Shown piece after piece: positions 26,745 to 32,000 of a stretch of 32,000 nt of DNA. The DNA comes from Xanthomonas campestris pv. campestris str. ATCC 33913 (lineage in GTDB: Bacteria > Pseudomonadota > Gammaproteobacteria > Xanthomonadales > Xanthomonadaceae). A model generated the notes under the pieces. It saw nothing but the letters and a program-made list of their open reading frames with translations. It was not told the origin of the DNA and did no database searches. Where the stretch lies: assembly GCF_000007145.1 (NCBI RefSeq), contig NC_003902.1, positions 3,926,497 through 3,958,496 of the forward strand. The letters run 5' to 3'. A program made the position numbers and the translations under genes. How positions within the stretch are numbered: the stretch's first letter is position 1; each line of letters begins with the position of its first letter.

Positions 26745-27920
26745 ATGACCAGATGGCTGTTCGGAGGTGTCTTCTTCCGGATCGGCCGCGCGCGTGCCGC
26801 AATGCCTGATTCCGGCCGCCCGACCACGCAGGAGCCAGACGTAGGCGAGGTCGCCGTCAGCGTGGCCGACGTGCTGGCCGCGCAGGCACGCCTGCGCAAG
26901 TACCTATCGCCCACACCACTGCATTACGCCGAACGCTTCGGCGTGTGGCTGAAGCTGGAAAATCTGCAGCGCACCGGCTCCTACAAGGTACGTGGCGCAT
27001 TGAATGCGCTGCTGGCCGGACTGGAGCGCGGCGATGAGCGCCCGGTCATCTGCGCCTCGGCCGGCAACCATGCTCAGGGCGTGGCGTGGTCGGCGTATCG
27101 GTTGGGCGTGCAGGCCATCACGGTGATGCCGCACGGTGCGCCGCAGACCAAGATCGCCGGCGTGGCCCACTGGGGCGCCACGGTGCGCCAGCACGGCAAC
27201 AGTTACGACGAAGCCTTCGCCTTTGCGCGCGAGCTGGCCGACCAGAACGGCTATCGCTTTCTGTCTGCGTTCGACGACCCGGATGTGATCGCCGGACAAG
27301 GCACGGTGGGTATCGAGTTGGCCGCGCATGCACCGGATGTGGTGATCGTGCCGATCGGCGGCGGTGGCCTGGCCTCCGGCGTGGCGTTGGCGCTGAAGTC
27401 GCAGGGCGTACGCATCGTCGGCGCGCAGGTGGAAGGCGTGGACTCCATGGCCCGCGCCGTGCGCGGCGACCTGCGCGAAATCACCCCGGTCGCCACCCTG
27501 GCCGATGGCGTGAAGGTCAAGATTCCCGGCTTCCTGACCCGTCGTCTGTGCTCGAGCCTGCTCGACGACGTGGTGATCGTGCGCGAGGCCGAATTGCGCG
27601 AGACGCTGGTGCGTCTGGCACTGGAAGAGCACGTCATTGCCGAAGGCGCCGGCGCACTCGCGCTGGCCGCCGGTCGCCGTGTTTCCGGCAAACGTAAATG
27701 TGCGGTGGTCTCTGGCGGTAATATCGACGCGACTGTCCTGGCCACCCTGTTATCCGAGGTGCGGCCGCGTCCGCCACGCAAGCCGCGCCGTCGCAATACC
27801 GAGCGGCTCCGCAACGAACGCAGCACCAAAGCATCACCGCCATCCATTGCTATTCCCCGCCCATCCGCAGTCGCATCAACGCCTGTCACCGCCATCGCAG
27901 TAGAGGAGTCTTCCTGGTGA
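26745..27920 (+). CDS. tdcB: PLP-dependent threonine dehydratase (short, TdcB-like, no ACT regulatory domains) with an unusual basic/Pro-rich C-terminal tail
   Basis: [21 protein letters not shown] (PLP Lys), [27 protein letters not shown]. The start is ambiguous (ATG 26745 or 26802). The stop TGA 27918-27920 overlaps the leuA GTG. Confidence 0.88.
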   Translation: MTRWLFGGVFFRIGRARAAMPDSGRPTTQEPDVGEVAVSVADVLAAQARLRKYLSPTPLHYAERFGVWLKLENLQRTGSYKVRGALNALLAGLERGDERPVICASAGNHAQGVAWSAYRLGVQAITVMPHGAPQTKIAGVAHWGATVRQHGNSYDEAFAFARELADQNGYRFLSAFDDPDVIAGQGTVGIELAAHAPDVVIVPIGGGGLASGVALALKSQGVRIVGAQVEGVDSMARAVRGDLREITPVATLADGVKVKIPGFLTRRLCSSLLDDVVIVREAELRETLVRLALEEHVIAEGAGALALAAGRRVSGKRKCAVVSGGNIDATVLATLLSEVRPRPPRKPRRRNTERLRNERSTKASPPSIAIPRPSAVASTPVTAIAVEESSW

Positions 27921-29479
27921 ACACGACCGTATCCAACCAGACCCCGCATATCCGAATTTTCGACACCACCCTGCGCGACGGCGAGCAATCCCCCGGCTGC
28001 AGCATGACGCCCCAACAAAAGCTGGTCATGGCGCGCGCGCTGGACGCGCTTGGCGTGGACATCATCGAAACCGGTTTCCCGGCCAGCTCGTATTCCGACC
28101 GCGAAGCGGTGGCGATGATGGGCCGCGAATTGCGCCGCCCCACCCTGGCGGTGCTGTCGCGCTGCCTGCAGGCCGATATCGAGATCTCTGCCCGTGCACT
28201 GGAAGCGGCCGCCAACCCGCGCCTGCATGTGTTCCTGTCCACCAGCCCGCTGCACCGCGAGCACAAGCTGCGCATGAGCCGCGAGCAGGTGCTGGAATCG
28301 GTGCACAAGCACGTGACGCTGGCGCGCGGCTACATCGACGACATCGAGTTCTCGGCCGAAGATGCCACGCGCACCGAAGAAGATTTCCTGGCCGAAGTGA
28401 CACGCGTGGCCATCGCCGCAGGTGCGACCACGATCAACCTGCCGGACACGGTGGGTTTCACCACGCCGGAAGAAATCCGCGGCATGTTCTCGCGGCTGAT
28501 CGCCAGCGTCGAAGGTGCCGAGAAGGTGATCTTCAGCACGCACTGCCACAACGACCTGGGCCTGGCGGCTGCCAACTCGCTGGCCGCAATCGAAGGCGGC
28601 GCGCGCCAGGTGGAATGCACCATCAACGGCATCGGCGAACGCGCCGGCAATTGCGCGCTGGAAGAAATCACCATGGCCCTGAAGGTGCGTGGTGCGTTCT
28701 ACAACCTGGACACCGCAATCAATACGCCGCGCATCGTCTCCACTTCGCAGCTGCTGCAGCGTTTGGTTGGCATGCCGGTGCAGCGCAACAAGGCGGTGGT
28801 GGGCGGCAACGCGTTCGCGCATGAATCGGGCATCCACCAGCACGGCATGCTGCGTCACCGCGGCACTTACGAAATCATGCGCCCGGAAGATGTGGGCTGG
28901 GAGTCGTCGCAGATGGTGCTGGGCCGCCACAGCGGCCGCGCGGCAGTGGAACAGCGCCTGCGCGCGCTGGGTTACCTGCTGGAGGAAGATGAGGCCAAGC
29001 TGGTGTTCGAACAGTTCAAGGCATTGTGCGAAAAGCAGCGCGTCGTCACCGACGCCGACCTGCAAGCCTTGATGCAGGACGCCACCGTGCAGGAAGGCTA
29101 CCGCCTGGCCTCGATGACCATCAGCGATGTCGGCAGCCGCGCCAATGCACTGGTTGAGCTGTCCGACCCGGACGGCAATCGCGTTGCAGAAACGGCGCAA
29201 GGCAATGGCCCGGTAGACGCGCTATTCGGCGCGCTGGCGTCGGCCACCGGTGTGAAGCTGGAATTGGACAGCTACCAGGTACACAGCGTAGGCATCGGCG
29301 CCGATGCCCGCGGCGAAGCCAGCCTGAGCGTGCGCCACGACGGCGTGGAATACGAAGGCACCGGCACCAGCAAGGACATCATCGAGGCCAGTGCCCTGGC
29401 CTGGCTCGATGTTGCCAACCGCCTGCTGCGTCAGCGCGAGCGTGGCGTGGTGGCGGGGAAGACGGCGGCGGTGGCGTAA
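27917..29479 (+). CDS. leuA: 2-isopropylmalate synthase
   Basis: GTG start at 27917 in a GTGA overlap, with GAGGAG 8 nt upstream. [20 protein letters not shown]..., [37 protein letters not shown], and a C-terminal LeuA dimerisation/regulatory region. Confidence 0.95.
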   Translation: MNTTVSNQTPHIRIFDTTLRDGEQSPGCSMTPQQKLVMARALDALGVDIIETGFPASSYSDREAVAMMGRELRRPTLAVLSRCLQADIEISARALEAAANPRLHVFLSTSPLHREHKLRMSREQVLESVHKHVTLARGYIDDIEFSAEDATRTEEDFLAEVTRVAIAAGATTINLPDTVGFTTPEEIRGMFSRLIASVEGAEKVIFSTHCHNDLGLAAANSLAAIEGGARQVECTINGIGERAGNCALEEITMALKVRGAFYNLDTAINTPRIVSTSQLLQRLVGMPVQRNKAVVGGNAFAHESGIHQHGMLRHRGTYEIMRPEDVGWESSQMVLGRHSGRAAVEQRLRALGYLLEEDEAKLVFEQFKALCEKQRVVTDADLQALMQDATVQEGYRLASMTISDVGSRANALVELSDPDGNRVAETAQGNGPVDALFGALASATGVKLELDSYQVHSVGIGADARGEASLSVRHDGVEYEGTGTSKDIIEASALAWLDVANRLLRQRERGVVAGKTAAVA

Positions 29480-29521
29480 CGCGCGGTTTGGGTACAGCGT
29501 CGGCGACACGATGACGTTAGT

Positions 29522-29560
29522 AAAACGGCCAGCGAGTCATACGCTGGCCGTTTTGCGTTT
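29522..29560 (+). terminator. Rho-independent terminator of the ilv-leuA operon
   Basis: AAAACGGCCAGCG-AGTCATA-CGCTGGCCGTTTT followed by GCGTTTG. Confidence 0.75.
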
Positions 29561-29700
29561 GTGCTTCCGCTAGTTTTTGGGTGCTCAAGGAGGGTGATGA
29601 CGCTAGCTCGCAGCGGCGAGTGGATTCTTTGCCACAGCAACCAGCATGTTCGCGCCTGCTTGCGGTGGGAGAAGGCCATCACGGGCCATTCCCTTGCGTT

Positions 29701-29770
29701 TCGTAGGAGCGCACTTGTGCGCGATGGGATTGATGGGAAGGCTTCATCGCGCACAAGTGCGCTCCTACGA
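29701..29770. repeat. REP-type palindromic element (GTAG-type), copy 1
   Basis: Perfect 25-bp inverted repeat TCGTAGGAGCGCACTTGTGCGCGAT / ATCGCGCACAAGTGCGCTCCTACGA around the 20-nt spacer GGGATTGATGGGAAGGCTTC. Confidence 0.85.
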
Positions 29771-29981
29771 GGTCATGGTTTCTGCATGGCTGTGCATAAC
29801 CGATCAGCAAAGGCGCTCGCAGCCCCGTGGTGCATTTCGCGGTCAGCGTGGCGGAGAAATGTTGCTGATCATTAAGGCGTGCCTGCAGCGCGACGTGCTG
29901 ACCTGCCACGATTGCTGGAGAGGCGAACAGGCCACTATCGGCCATCCACGTATGCGGCATGGGGCACCTGGACCTAGCGTT

Positions 29982-30051
29982 TTGCAGGAGTGCACTTGTG
30001 CACGATGGGATTGATGGGAAGGCTTCATCGCGCACAAGTGCGCTCCTACGT
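29982..30051. repeat. REP-type palindromic element, copy 2 (same orientation, left arm diverged)
   Basis: Identical spacer and right arm. The left arm TTGCAGGAGTGCACTTGTGCACGAT differs by 4 transitions. About 25 nt of the left flank and ~12 nt of the right flank also resemble copy 1. Confidence 0.8.
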
Positions 30052-30163
30052 AGACATGGCTTCGTCATTATTTGCGCAGCCGAGCGGCACAGGTGCATCT
30101 CTGCACGCGGCGCACTGCATTTTTGCCTCGAAATAGCTTGAGCAGAAGCTACACAAGCAGCCC

Positions 30164-30198
30164 TTCGCTCTTCGTTCCTCGCTCTTCGCTCTTCGCTC
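30164..30198. repeat. Heptanucleotide tandem repeat (TTCGCTC) x5, two units imperfect
   Basis: TTCGCTC TTCGTTC CTCGCTC TTCGCTC TTCGCTC. Confidence 0.8.
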
Positions 30199-30219
30199 GG
30201 ACAGCGCGATAACGACAGA

Positions 30220-30322
30220 GCGGCGGTGGGTCTGGCGGCGGGACCATGTGGCGGCATGGATGCCGCCACTGAGCCTCCATGGACGGATTCACGGCGTGTC
30301 CCGGGGCCGGACCCACCGCCGC
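30220..30322. repeat. Long nested inverted repeat (13-bp perfect outer arms, extendable to ~17 bp, enclosing a 9-bp hairpin)
   Basis: Outer arms GCGGCGGTGGGTC (30220-30232) / GACCCACCGCCGC (30310-30322). Inner hairpin GTGGCGGCA-TGGA-TGCCGCCAC (30248-30269). Confidence 0.6.
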
Positions 30323-30377
30323 GCACACGGCCAACGTGCAGTGCAAGTGCACCATACGTACACAACTACACACGCAA

Positions 30378-30419
30378 GCACTTGCACTTGCACTTGCACT
30401 TGCACTTGCACTTGCACTC
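30378..30419. repeat. Hexanucleotide microsatellite (GCACTT) x6 perfect plus 1 imperfect
   Basis: Read directly: GCACTT repeated from 30378 to 30413, then GCACTC. Confidence 0.9.
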
Positions 30420-30435
30420 GTATCGTGAGACGCAG

Positions 30436-30473
30436 ACAAGAAAGCGGCCACCGCCCCAACGAACGATGGCCGC
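30436..30473 (-). terminator. Candidate leuB terminator
   Basis: The minus strand reads GCGGCCA-(16-nt loop)-TGGCCGC followed by TTTCTTGTC, ~85 nt after the leuB stop. Confidence 0.45.
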
Positions 30474-30558
30474 CTCTCTAATCAAAAGCCCTCAGCAAAG
30501 CCAACAAGGGCGGCTCGCCGTGGACACTGAAGACCAAGCCGAATTGGCCCGCAAGCCG

Positions 30559-31632
30559 TTACAGCGCAGCCACCACTGCATCACCCATCGCAGCCGTGCC
30601 CACCTTGGTGGTGCCTTCCGACCAGATGTCGGCCGTGCGCAGTCCCTGATCGAGCACCTTACCAACAGCTGCCTCAATCGCATCCGCCGCTGCCGCCTGT
30701 GCAAAGGTGTAACGCAACATCATGGCGACCGACAGAATCGTGGCCAACGGGTTGGCAATGCCCTGCCCGGCAATGTCCGGTGCTGACCCGTGGCAGGGCT
30801 CATACATGCCCTTGCTGTTGGCATCGAGCGAAGCCGAGGGCAGCATGCCGATGGACCCGGTAAGCATCGAGGCCTGGTCGGAGAGGATGTCGCCGAACAT
30901 GTTGTCGGTGACGATCACATCGAACTGCTTGGGCGCGCGCACCAGCTGCATCGCCGCGTTGTCCACGTACATATGCGACAACGCGATATCTGGATAGTCC
31001 TTGGCCACTTCTTCGACGACGGCGCGCCACAGCTGGCTGGACGCCAGCACATTGGCCTTGTCGACCGAGCACAACTTCTTGCCGCGCAGGCGGGCCATCT
31101 CGAAACCGGCCTTGGCGATGCGGCGGATTTCGCTTTCGCTGTAAGGCAACGTGTCGTAGGCCTGGCGCTCGCCATTGTCCAGCGTGCGCGTGCCGCGTGG
31201 CTGGCCGAAGTAAATGCCGCCGGTAAGCTCGCGCAGGATCAGCAGATCCAATCCGGACACCACCTCGGGCTTGAGCGTGGAGGCATCGGCCAGCTGCGGA
31301 TACAGCAACGCGGGGCGCAGGTTGGCAAACAGGCCGAGTTGCGAACGGATCTTCAGCAAGCCGCGTTCCGGACGCAGTGCCGGATCGATGGTGTCCCACT
31401 GCGGGCCACCGACCGCGCCCAACAGCACGGCATCGGCAGCGCGCGCACGCTCCAGCGTTTCGTCGGCCAGCGGGCTGCCGTATTTGTCGTATGCGGCGCC
31501 GCCCAGTTCGTCGTACACCAGGGTGACGCCAAGAGTGTGCTGGGTATCGATACGCGTCAGCACCTTGACCGCTTCGGCCATGATTTCCGGGCCGATGCCG
31601 TCGCCGGGAAGAATCAGAATCTGCTTGCTCAT
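30559..31632 (-). CDS. leuB: 3-isopropylmalate dehydrogenase
   Basis: ATG at 31632 with GAGGA upstream. [25 protein letters not shown]..., [37 protein letters not shown]. The track ORF to 31749 is over-extended. Confidence 0.95.
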
Positions 31633-31669
31633 GCAATCCTCGTGAGTTGGCGCCGCAGCGCCATGAAAA

Positions 31670-32000
31670 TCAACGTGTCGCCCACAGCACCAGCACATCG
31701 GTGCTGAAAGAACCATCGGCGCCAATCTGGAAGTAATCGCGCACGTCATCCACCGCCGTGTCCTGCAGCGCGCGAATGGCTGCGCGCAGCACCTCCGGCG
31801 TACGCATGCGATCGACCCAGGTCAGGTAATCCAGCTGCAGGCGTTGGCAATGATGACGCTGTACGTGCAGGCCAGCATCGCCCACCACCTGCAGCCACTG
31901 CGCCACGCTGTAGTCGCGCACATGGCTGGTGTCGCGCAGTAACTCGATCGCCTGCAGATGCGTATCGAGCAGCGGCAGCCCTGGTGCCACCACGTCGATC
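31670..32000 (-). CDS. 3' part of a class I SAM-dependent methyltransferase-like gene (5' end beyond the window)
   Basis: The frame stays open to base 32000 (..[44 protein letters not shown]...[16 protein letters not shown]...). This resembles the C-terminal region of type-11 methyltransferases as I remember them. Confidence 0.6.

Noticed and set aside
29597-29875. 92-codon ORF with a strong SD (AAGGAGGG 29587-29594) starting at ATG 29597, just after the leuA terminator
   Set aside because: The SD is attractive, but the ORF runs through REP copy 1. G/C at third positions is only moderate, and the sequence has no recognisable family features. Kept as not called; Ribo-seq could revive it.
29679-30365. 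228-aa minus-strand ORF, and 29561..29875 / 29646..30014 plus-strand ORFs, in the leuA-leuB spacer
   Set aside because: They read straight through the REP palindromes (the recurring RSALVRD..SRTSALL / VGAHLCAMKPSHQSHRAQVRSY peptides are REP translations) and through the microsatellites. There is no coding-type codon bias.
30378-30419. Possible CRISPR array
   Set aside because: The unit is only 6 bp with no spacers. It is a microsatellite. There are no cas genes in the window.

Overview
High-G+C chromosomal segment. Gene content, gene order and GTAG-type REP elements suggest Xanthomonas (Xanthomonadaceae) core genome; the taxon is inference. All similarity calls come from reading the translations by eye, and no searches were run.

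Content, left to right:
- The 3' end of a putative T4SS effector with an XVIPCD-like tail, then a virB6 gene truncated after about 115 codons (a T4SS relic).
- Three small secreted proteins of unknown function.
- Membrane H+-pyrophosphatase hppA (K+-independent type) and soluble ppa.
- A pseudo-receiver/HDOD signalling protein.
- A minus-strand block: CadC-like wHTH-TM-TolB-propeller regulator, AraC-family regulator, TonB-dependent receptor (TBDR).
- thiC with a TPP riboswitch.
- A frameshifted TBDR C-terminal relic.
- An S9 peptidase.
- A soluble PAS-MCP with an extra C-terminal domain.
- ggt.
- An ilvC-ilvG-ilvM-tdcB-leuA operon preceded by a Leu/Val/Ile-rich leader peptide with terminator and antiterminator.
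- A 1.08-kb repeat-filled convergent spacer, then leuB and the 3' part of a methyltransferase gene.

I recognised no rRNA, tRNA, CRISPR, IS/transposase/integrase, or defence or toxin-antitoxin gene. I did not find a clear-cut novel multi-gene system.

Best leads:
- The atypical soluble chemoreceptor.
- An exact 17-bp motif shared by the AraC and TBDR upstream regions, within the CadC/TolB-AraC-TBDR block.
- The T4SS relic.
- Two orphan intrinsic terminators (candidate sRNAs) that share a CU-rich motif.
- The structured, repeat-rich leuA-leuB spacer.
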